This document shows positions 11,588-22,273 of a stretch of DNA of 64,000 nt, piece by piece. The stretch is from the NCBI GenBank assembly GCA_963762255.1, contig CAVXKA010000002.1, positions 960,001 through 1,024,000 of the forward strand. Direction: 5' to 3'. This DNA is from Candidatus Eiseniibacteriota bacterium. GTDB lineage: Bacteria > Eisenbacteria > RBG-16-71-46 > JABDJR01. How positions within the stretch are numbered: position 1 is the first letter of the stretch; each line of letters begins with the position of its first letter. The notes below the pieces were generated by a model that searched no databases, was not told the origin of the DNA, and was given only the letters and a program-made list of their open reading frames with translations. A program made the position numbers and the translations under genes.

Positions 11588-14091
11588 TCACCTCAATAGA
11601 AGCAGTCGGCTGCTGACGGAGCGGCCGGGGGTGTCGAGCCGCGCGAAGTAGGTCCCCCGCGGGAGCGACCGCCCATCCGCCCCGCGGCCATCCCATACGA
11701 TCTCCTTCTCCCCCATCTCGGAGTATCCCTGGCTCAAGATCCGAACCACGCGTCCAGCCGCATCGAACAGTGCGAGGCGATAGGATGATGGGCGGTCCAT
11801 AGAGAAACGGATCCGACTTTCCGCGCTGAACGGGTTGGGGAACGCCCGAAGCGGGCGCGAGAAACCGGGCGTCTCGGGGAGATCCGATCCGGCGGAGAGA
11901 GCCGATGCGGGCGGATAGGCCAGAACGACGATATCGTCGATCAACCACCCCGGCATTTCGACTCCCGAATCGCTTCGCAGCCGGAAGCGCAAGCTCAGGG
12001 CACTGGCTCCAGCGTGGTCGGACAGATCGATCTCCTCATCCACCCACAGGCGCCTATCTCCATCGTAGCCGGGAAGACCGAGGGCTTGGGTTCCACCGGC
12101 GTAGCCGCCCGTCGTGCCATGGCCGGGCCGCGTCCACCGCCCGTGCCGGGGTGTCCAGGTCGCTCCGGAATCCGCGCTCACCTCGACGGTGGCGAAATCG
12201 AAGCCTGTCTCGACGTCCCACCGGGCGCGGAATCGCAACACCGCACCGGCCGCTCCGCTCAGATCGAGGAATCCCGCAAGCGTGAGCCGGGACATCGGCG
12301 CCCGCTGCATAGTCCGCGATGGGCGAATCGGAGAACGCCGAGTCTCCATCCACCGCCTCCAGGCCCCACCCTCCCGAGGCGGTCCAGTGATCGAGAGAAA
12401 TGTTGCCGCTGTCGACGAATACCTCGGTGGGCTCGCCCAACCGAAACGTCAACGTGTCGCGTCCGACGTATCCGGCGGCGTCCACGATCTCCAGGTAGAG
12501 CGGGACGATCTCTCCGGGGACGGCGTCCGCGTCCGCGTGCACCACGAGCGATCCGTTCGTGACCGGCCACGATCCCCCTCCGGGAGAAAGATCGGGGAAG
12601 TTCGCCTCACCGTCGACGAGGGTGACTGCGGGGTGGCCTGAGACCGCGTGGACGGTGATGCCCCCCGAGGTCTGGCTCGTGATGCCCATGTGCCGGAGGT
12701 AGAAACGCACATCGCGCGTCTCACCGGGGCGCAGCACCCCGACGGAATCCTCGACTTGCTAGGCTCTCCGCGACCGCGTAGACCCCGGCGGCGTAGGCCG
12801 TGGCAACGTGCGAGGGAAGCGTCAGCTCGGCCAGCGGGAGGATCCGCGACGGCGGCGGCCAGAACCCGTCGTCCTGGTTGCCGATTTCGGTCGTGTAGGC
12901 CAGGGCCCTGGGCTTCGACGTGTCGCCGTACATCCAATCGTTGGCGTCACCGTTCACCGGATAGAGGATTTGACCCGACCGTCCATGGGCGTAATGGTCG
13001 ACCTCGGTCTTGGCGTCCCCGAGCCGGACGAACGCCGCCGAGTCGGGCGTGTCGGCGGCGATGTACCCCCATGGATAGAGGCTCGCTTCGTAGTAGGTGT
13101 GCAGGTTGTCGGCGGTGCGAAACGCGTGGCTCGCGCAGAAATCGCGCACTGCCTGGGTCTCGGGCTCCGAGAACGCAGCCGGCCCACGATACAGATCGCT
13201 GGACGGATTCGGAGACGATCCGATGTTGTCGTAGCCCCACTGATACCCGAAGTTGCGATTGAGATCCACGCCCTCGCGGGCCTCGACGACGCCGTCCCCA
13301 TCGTTGTCCCGGGCGTTCTTGCGCCAGAAACCGAACGCGCCCCCCGAGACCCAGGTGGACTCGTTGATCGCATACCCGTCCGGATTGACGACCGGGATGA
13401 ACCAGATCTCGCGTTCATCCACGAGATACGTGAGCTCGGGATCGGTGCCGTAGCCGTCGATGAGAGCGATCAGAAAGTGGAGCGCCGACTGCATGCTCTC
13501 CGGCTCGCGGGCGTGGGTGAGGGAAGTGAACAGGACTTCGGGGCGGGTACCCAGAGACTTTCCGGGTCCGGCCACCCCGATGGCGAGGATCGGGCGCCCC
13601 TGCCTGCTGGTCCCAATCGTGTCCACCTCTGTGAGGATGTTTTGCATGTCCGCGGCTGCGAGCGAGTCCAGCAGCGCGGCCACCTCATCGTAGGTCCAGA
13701 ACCCGCCGAGCGAGCCTTGGCCGAAGCCGGGCACCGAGGCGGATTGAGCGGATGCCCCGGCAAGGGTTCCCGGACCGCGCGGCGCAACGCCGTTCGCGCG
13801 GGCCAGATGGGCACCGTAGTCGGCGACCACCTCAAGCGGACATAGACCGGCGTCCTCGAGGGCCTCGCGTGCGCCCGGCCAGCCCAGAACCAACGCGCGA
13901 TAGCCGGGGCGAACCGAGATCAGGTCCACGTCGACTCCGACCAGCCGAGCCCAGGCATCCGGGCCCGTGAGATCGACTTCGTAGAGCGGAAGCGGCCCGA
14001 GAACGGAGGACGGCCGGCCCGCCCCCCCCAACACGACTGCGGCCAGGAAGATGGGGAGTATCAGAGATAGAGAGCGAGGGAATATCCGCAT
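11588..14091 (-). pseudogene. Secreted M14 zinc carboxypeptidase with jelly-roll domain and FlgD-like C-terminal domain, split by two +1 frameshifts (probably sequencing errors)
   Basis: HARE, NPDG, RKN, DLNRNF and HTY motifs in 12721..14091. Continues in the 12054..12737 and 11588..12349 frames (PNPF...WDGR...GTYF). Frame breaks at about 12760 and 12289-12291. Confidence 0.85.
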
Positions 14092-14187
14092 GCTCAGAAT
14101 CATACCAGCCTCGGAAGGAGCGCTCGGCCGGGCCTCCCCCGCCATCGGGTTTGGCGGGACATGGTCCACCCGCTACAATCCCCACCC

Positions 14188-14871
14188 ATGAAAATCACGC
14201 TTCCTTGGCGCAGCATACTCGTGCTCGTGGTGGTGGGCGCCGCCATGGGACTCGCCTTCAACCTACTTCGCCCCGATCCTCTCCCCTGGGTGGCCCAGGC
14301 CAAAGCCACCGTGAACTTGGAGGATCTCACGATCCCCGCGCCGGACACCGGCAGGGTAGAACCGGCGCGCGAGACCCCGGCGGTCACGACCCCGGTTTCC
14401 GCCGACCCATCGCCCGTGACCCCGGCCACCCATGACACGCCACCCGCCAACTCCATCCCCGTCCCGCCCGCTGCCGAAGCCCGGCCGCCGGCAGACAGGG
14501 ATCTCTATCCCGATATCCCGGAGGCCGTCCTTCCGATCAGTATTTCGCTGGAGCAAGCCAAGGGCTTCTACGATCGGCGAGGGCTCCTCGTTCTGGACGC
14601 GCGCGAGATGGAGGAATTCGGGGAGGGCCACATCAAGGGTGCGGAGGCGGCCCCGTACGACGACAAGGTCGCGGACAGCGATTGGATGGAGAAGACGGCC
14701 GCAGATCCGCGGCCGATCCTCGTCTACTGCACCGGAGGAGAGTGCGAGCTGTCCCACGATCTCGCCGACGAGATCCTGCGCACCGGGCACAAGCGGGTGA
14801 TGATCCTGACCGCGGGGTACGAGGACTGGAAGAAAGCGGGCTATCCGACCGCAACGGGGGTGACACCATGA
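14188..14871 (+). CDS. Membrane-anchored rhodanese-like domain protein
   Basis: N-terminal TM helix, Pro/Thr-rich linker, LDAR...GHIKGA, active-site loop YCTGGECELS, GYEDWKKAGYP. Confidence 0.85.
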   Translation: MKITLPWRSILVLVVVGAAMGLAFNLLRPDPLPWVAQAKATVNLEDLTIPAPDTGRVEPARETPAVTTPVSADPSPVTPATHDTPPANSIPVPPAAEARPPADRDLYPDIPEAVLPISISLEQAKGFYDRRGLLVLDAREMEEFGEGHIKGAEAAPYDDKVADSDWMEKTAADPRPILVYCTGGECELSHDLADEILRTGHKRVMILTAGYEDWKKAGYPTATGVTP

Positions 14872-15320
14872 TCGAGCGATCTGCGTGGGGGTGGCGGTAT
14901 GCGCCTCGCTTCTTGCTAGGAGCGCTCTTCCTCTGGGCATCGCTGGCCAAGATCGGCAACATCGATGGCTTCGCGACGGATCTTCACCATTACCGGATCC
15001 TTCCCCTTGCACTCGAAAACATCCTCGCGATGATGTTGCCTTGGATCGAGGTTCTGGCCGGGCTCGCTCTGGTGCTGAACTTCGCGCCCCGAGCGGGCAG
15101 CGTGATCCTGGGTGTCATGCTCGTCGTGTTCATCGCCGCGATCTTGAGCGCGATGGCGCGCGACCTCGACATCGCGTGCGGCTGCTTCGGCACGGCCGAC
15201 GCCACGCGCACCGGATGGATCGCCCTCCTGCGCGACCTTGGCTTCCTGGCTCTCGCGTGGGTCGGCTATCCGCGCGAGCGCGTCACGAGCCCACTTCACA
15301 CGACGCACGCGCACGCGTAG
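14868..15320 (+). CDS. MauE/DoxX family membrane protein
   Basis: LPWIE motif, DIACGCFG, four TM helices, ATGA overlap with the rhodanese gene. Confidence 0.85.
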   Translation: MIERSAWGWRYAPRFLLGALFLWASLAKIGNIDGFATDLHHYRILPLALENILAMMLPWIEVLAGLALVLNFAPRAGSVILGVMLVVFIAAILSAMARDLDIACGCFGTADATRTGWIALLRDLGFLALAWVGYPRERVTSPLHTTHAHA

Positions 15321-15329
15321 TCTCCCCGC

Positions 15330-16091
15330 GTGCACGAGCTGGTTCTTGGCCTCATCCTTGTGGGCGGGTTCGTCGCCGGCATCCTCAACACGCTGGCCGG
15401 CGGCGGATCTCTCATCACCCTCCCCCTTCTGATCTTCTCCGGTCTTCCCGCCGGGGTCGCCAACGGCACCAACCGGGTGGCGATCGTGCTGCAGAACGTC
15501 GGGGGGCTGGCCGGCTTCCGCAAGCACGGCCTGGGCGTGGGCCGGGACGCGTGGATCCTCCTCATCCCCTCGATGGCGGGGGCGATCCTCGGGGCCAAGC
15601 TCGCCGTCGACCTGGACGAGGCGATGATGCGCCGAGCGATCGCGGTGCTCCTCGTCATCATGCTCGTCCCGATCCTGCGCTCCACGAGACCCGCCGTGAA
15701 GAAGGCTCCGGTCTCGCTCTCCTTCCCGTGGTGGGTCTGGCCCGCCTACTTCGTGGTCGGGGTCTACGGGGGATTCCTGCAGGCGGGGGTGGGGTTCCTA
15801 TACCTCGCACTCCTCGCCGGCGCGCAGGGGCTCGACCTCTTGCGCGCGAACGTGATCAAGGTGTTCCTGATCCTCGCCTACAGCGTGGTCGCGTTGGCGA
15901 TGTTCGCCGCCGAGGGGAAGGTGGCCCCGGTGCAGGGGTTGGTGCTCGCCGTCGGCAACATGGCGGGTGGGTGGGTCGGCGCGCACATGGCGGTGCGCAG
16001 GGGAGAGCGCCTCATCCGCGTGATTCTGGTGGTCGCGGTTCTCGCTTCCGCCGCGAAGCTCACCGGTCTCCTCGATCTCCTGTTTCGCTGA
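15330..16091 (+). CDS. Sulfite exporter TauE/SafE family protein
   Basis: GFVAGILNTLAGGGSLITLP, ANGTNR, YGGFLQAGVG. Confidence 0.9.
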   Translation: MHELVLGLILVGGFVAGILNTLAGGGSLITLPLLIFSGLPAGVANGTNRVAIVLQNVGGLAGFRKHGLGVGRDAWILLIPSMAGAILGAKLAVDLDEAMMRRAIAVLLVIMLVPILRSTRPAVKKAPVSLSFPWWVWPAYFVVGVYGGFLQAGVGFLYLALLAGAQGLDLLRANVIKVFLILAYSVVALAMFAAEGKVAPVQGLVLAVGNMAGGWVGAHMAVRRGERLIRVILVVAVLASAAKLTGLLDLLFR

Positions 16092-16147
16092 TCGGTCCCG
16101 GGGGGAGGCCGCTTCCGTCGGCAGCCGTGCGGCGCTAGAATCCCCGC

Positions 16148-16609
16148 ATGGACCTCCAGGCCACCTATCACGAAGGCCATCTCATCGTGGCCGCGATCCG
16201 CATCCTCAAGCATCGCCACGGCGGTCGACCTCCCACGGTGGAAGAAGTCGCGGAGCACATCGGGCTCTCGCGCGAGTGGATCGGCGTCATGGCCGCCGCG
16301 ATGGGGCGTGCCGGCGTGCTCGACGAGCTCACCGGCCCCTTCGAGACGCGCATCGAGATCCGCGACCATCTCGCACTGGAAGATCTGCCGCGCGCCGACG
16401 CCACCGCGGGCGTGGACGAGGAGTTGCGCGAGTTCTCGGCGAAGAAGCGCGAGGAGGAAGAGGGGCTTCGCAAGCTCTTCGCTTCAGGCGACGCGCTCAA
16501 GAAGCAGCAGTCCAAGATGGGCAAGCTCGCCGACGACCTCAAGCGCTACAAGCCCAAGGGGCCGACCGCGACTCCCCTCTTCAAGGACGCCCCCCCCGAG
16601 GACGACTAG
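16148..16609 (+). CDS. Hypothetical protein with N-terminal HTH-like segment and charged coiled-coil C-terminus
   Basis: RPPTVEEVAEHIGLS resembles a LexA-type wHTH; coding-like codon usage. Confidence 0.6.
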   Translation: MDLQATYHEGHLIVAAIRILKHRHGGRPPTVEEVAEHIGLSREWIGVMAAAMGRAGVLDELTGPFETRIEIRDHLALEDLPRADATAGVDEELREFSAKKREEEEGLRKLFASGDALKKQQSKMGKLADDLKRYKPKGPTATPLFKDAPPEDD

Positions 16610-16674
16610 CGAGGACGACCCACGGCACGCGCAGCGCGGCGCGGCGCCGCATCGCTGGTATGATCCCCTGCCTC

Positions 16675-18000
16675 ATGAACGGCCGCACCGCACCCGATCT
16701 CCGCCGCGTCTTCACCGTCTGGTGGCCTCTCGCCGCGAGCTGGCTCATGATGGGCTTCGAGCTGCCGGCGGTGAGCGCCTTCATGGCGCGTCTCCCCGAT
16801 CCGGAGCTCAACCTCGCCGCTTACGGCGGCGTGGTCTTCCCGGTCGCGCTGATCGTGGAAGCGCCGATCATCATGCTCCTCGCCGCTTCCACCGCGCTCT
16901 GCAAGGACCGCGCTTCCTACCTGAAGATCCGCCGTTTCATGTTCACCACGGCGGGTGCGCTCACCGTCCTGCACGTACTCGTGGCGGCGACCCCGCTCTA
17001 CGACTTCGTCGTGGGCCGAGTGATCGGCGCACCGGAGGAGATCCGAGGTCCTGCGCGCGTGGGGCTCCTCATCATGACGCCCTGGACGGCATCCATCGCC
17101 TACCGCCGCTTCCAGCAGGGCGTGCTCATCCGCTTCGGCAAGGCCCGCCTCGTGGGGATAGGCACCGCGGTTCGCCTGGGTACCAACCTCGCAGTGCTGA
17201 TCACCGGCTACACGCTGCACTCGCTGCCCGGCATCGTGGTCGGCACGGCGGCGGTGGCGGCGGGGGTCATGGCCGAAGCGATCTTCATCGGCATCGCGGT
17301 GCGGCCGACGCTGCGCGGCGCGCTCACGCAGGCGCCTCCGGTGCCGGTACTTCTCACCTGGCGCACGTTCCACGCGTTCTACATCCCTCTCGCCATGACC
17401 TCGCTCCTCACACTCCTCGCCCAACCGATCGTGAGCGCGGCCCTGAGCCGGCTGCCCCGCGCCCTTGATTCCCTCGCCGTGTGGCCGGTCATCAACGGAC
17501 TGGTGTTCACGCTGCGAAGCATGGGGCTCGCCTTCAACGAGGTCGTGGTGTCGCTCCTCGAGGAGCCCGGCGCCCACCGCGCGCTCCTGCGCTTCACGCG
17601 GCTCCTCGCCGGGATCACCAGCGCCGTCCTTCTGCTGCTGGCGGTCACGCCTCTGGGATGGCTCTGGTTCTCCGGTGTCTCGGGGTTGAGTCCGTCGCTT
17701 GCGCGCCTCGGCGCGGCCGCAATCTGGGTCTCGATCCTCGTCCCGGCCGCAAGCGTGTACTTGAGCTGGTACACGGGGATTCTCGTTCACGCGCGGCGCA
17801 CGCGGGCGATCACCGAGTCGGTGGCGCTCTACCTCGCGCTCAACGTGGCGCTCCTCGCCGCCGCCGTCGCCTTCACCGACATCACCGGGATCTACGTGGG
17901 ATTGGCCACGGTGGCGGTGGGCGTGCTCGGGCAGGCGTTCTGGCTGCGCTATCGCGCCGAGGCGCCGCTCACCGCCATCAAGGCAGCCGAACGCGGATGA
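16675..18000 (+). CDS. MATE-fold membrane protein (ANKH-like)
   Basis: About 12 TM helices in two repeats (WWPLAASWLMM..ELPAVSAFMARLPDP / YIPLAMTSLL..QPIVSAALSRLP). Start at 16660 or 16675. Confidence 0.7.
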   Translation: MNGRTAPDLRRVFTVWWPLAASWLMMGFELPAVSAFMARLPDPELNLAAYGGVVFPVALIVEAPIIMLLAASTALCKDRASYLKIRRFMFTTAGALTVLHVLVAATPLYDFVVGRVIGAPEEIRGPARVGLLIMTPWTASIAYRRFQQGVLIRFGKARLVGIGTAVRLGTNLAVLITGYTLHSLPGIVVGTAAVAAGVMAEAIFIGIAVRPTLRGALTQAPPVPVLLTWRTFHAFYIPLAMTSLLTLLAQPIVSAALSRLPRALDSLAVWPVINGLVFTLRSMGLAFNEVVVSLLEEPGAHRALLRFTRLLAGITSAVLLLLAVTPLGWLWFSGVSGLSPSLARLGAAAIWVSILVPAASVYLSWYTGILVHARRTRAITESVALYLALNVALLAAAVAFTDITGIYVGLATVAVGVLGQAFWLRYRAEAPLTAIKAAERG

Positions 18001-20131
18001 AGTCGGGATCGCTGCCGCCGCCCTCCACTTCCCGGCCGTCGAGGAGGACTCGCACCTTCACCTCGTCGCCCCTGATGCTCAGGACCGCGCCCTCCACCGT
18101 CTCCCTGCGGACGTCGAGCACGCCCCCGGCGGTGGTGGCCGTGTATCGCACGATCCCGTACCTGCCGTCGAGATAGCCGAACCCGTCGCCCTCATCCCTG
18201 TAGAGGTACCCTTCCGCACGGCCCTCCGCATCGGGAGCGACAAGGAGCGTGCGCGGTTCACCCGGCTTCTCCCCCACATACTCGATGGCCGGTCCCACGC
18301 ACACGATGGCACCGGGACGCAGGAAGAGTGCGGGGAGATCGGCCTCGTTCGCCTCGGCGGGATCCAGCACGAACCGGCGCCACGTGCGCTCGAGGTTGGT
18401 GGCCTTGCGCGTTCCGCGAGGGGTGACCGTGGCCGCCACCAACACGTCGCCACCCAGGAGGAAGGCGTCGTCCACCGCGCGCAGTGAAAGGTCCCGCGGG
18501 TCCGCGAAGAAGAGCGGACGCGCCACGGGAAGGCCGGTCTCGGCGGCCTCGCGGAAGACGGTGTAGAGGTACGGCATCAACAGGTAGCGGCGCGAGAGTG
18601 CCAACCGGCAGGTCTTCTCCACCGCGGGACCGAACGCCCACGGTTCCTTGTCGATTGCGCCTTTCTCGGTGTGCCCCCGCGCGAAGGGCAGGAGGGAGGC
18701 GAAGCCCATCCAGCGCGCGAACATCTCACCGTCGCCGTTGCCTGCGAAGCCGCCGATGTCGGGTCCGGCGAAGGGCTGGCCGGAGAGCCCGAGGTTCAGC
18801 ACCATGGGAATCGAGATCGCGACATGTTCCCAGGTCGCGGAGTTGTCACCGGTCCACGCGGCGGCGTACCGCTGGCCGCCCAGATGATTGGCTCGCGAGA
18901 GGACGAACGGCCGCAGGTCCGGGCGCGCGGCGAGGAGCCCGTCGCGCGTTCCCCGCGCCATCTGCATGCCGTACACGTTGTGGTAGCGATCGTGCGTGTC
19001 GGGCCCGCCGAGATCGGGATCCGCGCGATGGCGGTTCTCGAGCGGCATGGTCTTGCTGCCCACATTGAACACGGCGGGCTCGTTCATGTCGTTCCACACC
19101 CCGTCCACCCCCATGGCGAGGAAGTCGCGATAGAGGCCTCCCCACCAGGATCGCACGGCCGCGTTGGTGAAGTCGGGGAAGACGCAGGGTCCGGGCCACA
19201 CGTTGCCGATGAAGGGGGCGTCCCACTGCGTGGTCACCCACGCCGAGGCCTCGGTGCCCGAGTCGTAGACCGCGTTGCCCGCTTCCGCCTTGATGCCGGG
19301 GTCAATCATCCACACGCTGTGGAACCCTTCAGCGTGCAGGTCGCGGTTGAGCGCGGCGGGATCGGAAAATGACGCCGGATTGAAGGTGAAGGAGCGAAAA
19401 CCGTCCATGTAGTCGATGTCCATCCAGATCACGTCGCAGGGAATGTCCCGGCGGCGAAACTCCGAGGCCACCTCGCGCACGCGCGCATCGGGCGTGTAGG
19501 AATAGCGGCACTGCTGGTAGCCCAGCGCCCACTGGGGCGGGAGCGGCATGTGCCCGGTGAGATCGGCCAGCGCCATGACGACCCTCTGCGGCGAATCGCG
19601 GTCGATCACGATCACCGCGAAGGGCGGCCCGTCGGCGATGCAGACGATGCTGGCGTTGAGCTCAATCCGCGCGCGATACGTCGTGTCGAAGAGCACACCG
19701 AACGCGGTCCCGTCCTTGCGCACACCGAGCACCCAGGGATGGGACTGGTAGAGATGCGGGGTTTCCGAGTCATACCCGTAGGCATCGTAGTTCCAGCATG
19801 TGACGGTCCGGCCGTTGCGAAGCAGCGGCCCCCCCACCATGCCGGTGCCGTAGAGGCTGGTCCCGTCCGGCACGGGAACCACCGCCGCGTAGCGATTCTG
19901 AATGAATCGGAACTCGGGGGCGAGAGGGCCGTCCGCGGACGACGGGCCAAGCGCCGGACGCTGCTCGGCCAGGGCGACAGACGGGCGGGCCGATAGCCGC
20001 AATTCATCGGAGGCAAAGTACCGAACGATGCCCTCGCCGATCGATTCTGCCACCGGCGCCGCGAGCGCCCCCCGAGCGCACGCGGCAAGAAGGAATGCGA
20101 ACAGCAGCACCCGGCCGATCGATCGCCGCAT
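17978..20131 (-). CDS. Glycoside hydrolase family 31 alpha-glucosidase, with signal peptide
   Basis: LYQSHPW, WALGYQQCRYSY, WMDIDYMDG, nucleophile WNDMNEP, acid/base WTGDN, GPDIGGF. Confidence 0.93.
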   Translation of the reverse strand: MRRSIGRVLLFAFLLAACARGALAAPVAESIGEGIVRYFASDELRLSARPSVALAEQRPALGPSSADGPLAPEFRFIQNRYAAVVPVPDGTSLYGTGMVGGPLLRNGRTVTCWNYDAYGYDSETPHLYQSHPWVLGVRKDGTAFGVLFDTTYRARIELNASIVCIADGPPFAVIVIDRDSPQRVVMALADLTGHMPLPPQWALGYQQCRYSYTPDARVREVASEFRRRDIPCDVIWMDIDYMDGFRSFTFNPASFSDPAALNRDLHAEGFHSVWMIDPGIKAEAGNAVYDSGTEASAWVTTQWDAPFIGNVWPGPCVFPDFTNAAVRSWWGGLYRDFLAMGVDGVWNDMNEPAVFNVGSKTMPLENRHRADPDLGGPDTHDRYHNVYGMQMARGTRDGLLAARPDLRPFVLSRANHLGGQRYAAAWTGDNSATWEHVAISIPMVLNLGLSGQPFAGPDIGGFAGNGDGEMFARWMGFASLLPFARGHTEKGAIDKEPWAFGPAVEKTCRLALSRRYLLMPYLYTVFREAAETGLPVARPLFFADPRDLSLRAVDDAFLLGGDVLVAATVTPRGTRKATNLERTWRRFVLDPAEANEADLPALFLRPGAIVCVGPAIEYVGEKPGEPRTLLVAPDAEGRAEGYLYRDEGDGFGYLDGRYGIVRYTATTAGGVLDVRRETVEGAVLSIRGDEVKVRVLLDGREVEGGGSDPDFIRVRLP

Positions 20132-20145
20132 CACGTCACCACCTC

Positions 20146-21195
20146 TCAGAGCGTGTCATCGAATCCGAGGAGCACCGGCTCCGGCTTGAGCACCACCCCG
20201 AACCTCTCGCGCACCCGGTCACGGATCTCTCGGGCCAGGTCCAGGATCTCTCGCGCGGTCGCGCGATTCCGGTTCACCAGGGCCAGCATGTGGCGAGACG
20301 AGATCGCCGCGCCCCCGCGACGATAGCCCCGCGCGAAGCCCGCCTTCTCGATCAGTTTGGCGGCGGGCACCTTCACCAGTCCCTCGGAAGCGGCGTAGCG
20401 CGGCAGTTCCGGCCCGGCCAACTCGTTCAACCGGACGTACTCGGCTTCGCTCACCACCGGGTTTTTGAAGAACGACCCCGCGCTGCGCGAGTCGGGATCC
20501 CCGGGCACGAGGAGCATGGCCTTTGCGCGGCGAATCCCTCGCACGGCGGCGCGCACATTACGAAGGGACGGCACCGCGCCCGACGACCGGAACTGCTCCA
20601 TCACGTCGCGATAGCTCACGCGGGGCTGACCGCCCGGCGTCAACCCATAGGTCACCCTCAGCACGACGTAGCGCCCGGCGTGCGCGGTATTGAACGCGCT
20701 GGAGCGGTACTCGAAACCGCAATCGGATGCGGAAAGATCGCAGGCCTCGCCTGTCTCTCGGTCGAAGACGCGGACTGCGCGGATGACCGCGGACACTTCC
20801 TGTCCGTAGGCGCCGACGTTCTGCACCGGGGTTCCTCCCACGGTGCCGGGAATACCGCTCAGACACTCGACACCGGCGAGACCGCTTTCAACGCAACGGG
20901 CCACCAGAGGATCCCACGGCTCGCCAGCCCCGGCCTCCACCAGCGTTTCCTCCCCCGCGGCGGTTTCGGCCACACCGAGGATGCCCATGTGCAACGCCAC
21001 ACCCGGGAAACCGGCGTCGGCGACGAGCAAGTTGCTGCCGCCCCCCAACACGAAGAGCGGGATCCCCTGGCGCGCGGCGAACTCCACCGCCGCCGGCACG
21101 TCGTCCTCGGTGCGCGCTTCCGCAAAGAAACGCGCGGGGCCGCCCACGCCGAGCGTGGTGAAGGGAGCCAGGAGGACGTCGCGTCGCAGGTCCAT
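20146..21195 (-). CDS. murB: UDP-N-acetylenolpyruvoylglucosamine reductase
   Basis: TTLGVGGPA, LGGGSNLL, GIPGTVGG, QNVGAYGQE, SAGSFFKNP, LKPEP. Confidence 0.95.
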   Translation of the reverse strand: MDLRRDVLLAPFTTLGVGGPARFFAEARTEDDVPAAVEFAARQGIPLFVLGGGSNLLVADAGFPGVALHMGILGVAETAAGEETLVEAGAGEPWDPLVARCVESGLAGVECLSGIPGTVGGTPVQNVGAYGQEVSAVIRAVRVFDRETGEACDLSASDCGFEYRSSAFNTAHAGRYVVLRVTYGLTPGGQPRVSYRDVMEQFRSSGAVPSLRNVRAAVRGIRRAKAMLLVPGDPDSRSAGSFFKNPVVSEAEYVRLNELAGPELPRYAASEGLVKVPAAKLIEKAGFARGYRRGGAAISSRHMLALVNRNRATAREILDLAREIRDRVRERFGVVLKPEPVLLGFDDTL

Positions 21196-21229
21196 GCGGC
21201 GAGAGTATCGCGCAGGGGAATCGAGAGGG

Positions 21230-22193
21230 CTAGAGGGTCTCCCCCCAGTTCGTGTGCGGACGTCGATTGCGGACGAACCACTGATAGAGGATCTCGCCGT
21301 AGCCCATCGGGAGCAGCCCGATCCGCTCGTAGAAAGGCTGGAGTCGACGTTGCAGCTCCGGGAGGCGGTAGCAGGGGACGCCCACCAGGTAGTGATGCTC
21401 GATGTGGAGGTTCGAGTAGACGAAGATCCAATCCCAGAACCAATGGCTGCGCACAAGGGTGGACCACTTGGCGGGATCGCTCGGATCGATGGCGTAATGC
21501 TGGCCTAGCCGGTTCAACGTGAAGGCGATCGGGAAGAACAGGAAGAGTGGAGCTCCGTGCACCCGGAACCAGAGCGCGAAACCGCCGGTGGACCACAGCC
21601 ACCAGAGAAGCGCGATGTGGAGCCCCATCACTATGGCGCGTTCGAGTCTGGATGGTCCGGCGCAGGGATGATGAGTATCTGCGCGCCGCTTTGGCCGAGC
21701 CGATCGAGTAGATCACGAAGAGCGCCGGGGTGAGGTAGAGCGCCTTGTACCATCGGGCCACTCGCTTGGGCGTCAGGTACGCGCGTTTGGGGTCGTCGGT
21801 CTCCGTGCCCAGCTCGCGGTGGTGATCCAGGTGCCAGCGCCGGAACTGGCTCGCCGAGATCGCGCTGGGGAGCGCGTAGCCAAGTCCGCATATCCGCTCC
21901 CAGAAGGGGCGGCGCTTGGCGAAGATGAGCCCGTGCACCTGCTCGTGAAGGAGGATGATGAAGGAGAGGATGACAAAGCCCTGCAGCGCGGCGAGCGGCA
22001 CCCAGACCCAGGGAATGGCCACGCGATAGCTGACGAAGCCGATGCCGAGCAAGAGCAGCGCCTGCCGGGCGACCAGCGCGAAGTGCCGGGCGGCGCTCCG
22101 CCCGTGCAGCTCCCGGATATCCTCACCGGTGAGGACCTCCCGAAGCCTGCGTTGGATGTCCGGGTTGATCGTGCGATCGTAGAAACGGTTCAT
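21230..22193 (-). pseudogene. Fatty acid desaturase family protein with one +1 frameshift (probably a sequencing error)
   Basis: His boxes HEQVH and HLDHH in the 5' frame and HIEHH in the 21230..21631 frame; break at about 21647-21651. Confidence 0.82.
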
Positions 22194-22205
22194 GGCAATT
22201 GCTTG

Positions 22206-22238
22206 AAAAGAGCGCGAGGGCGCCTGGCGCCCTCGCGC
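22206..22238 (-). terminator. Palindromic hairpin/terminator after the EEP nuclease gene
   Basis: gcgcgagggcgcc-t-ggcgccctcgcgc (22212-22238), followed on the minus strand by TCTTTT. Confidence 0.65.
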
Positions 22239-22273
22239 ATGTCATCCACCTGACGGCAAGGAATGCGGATGGG

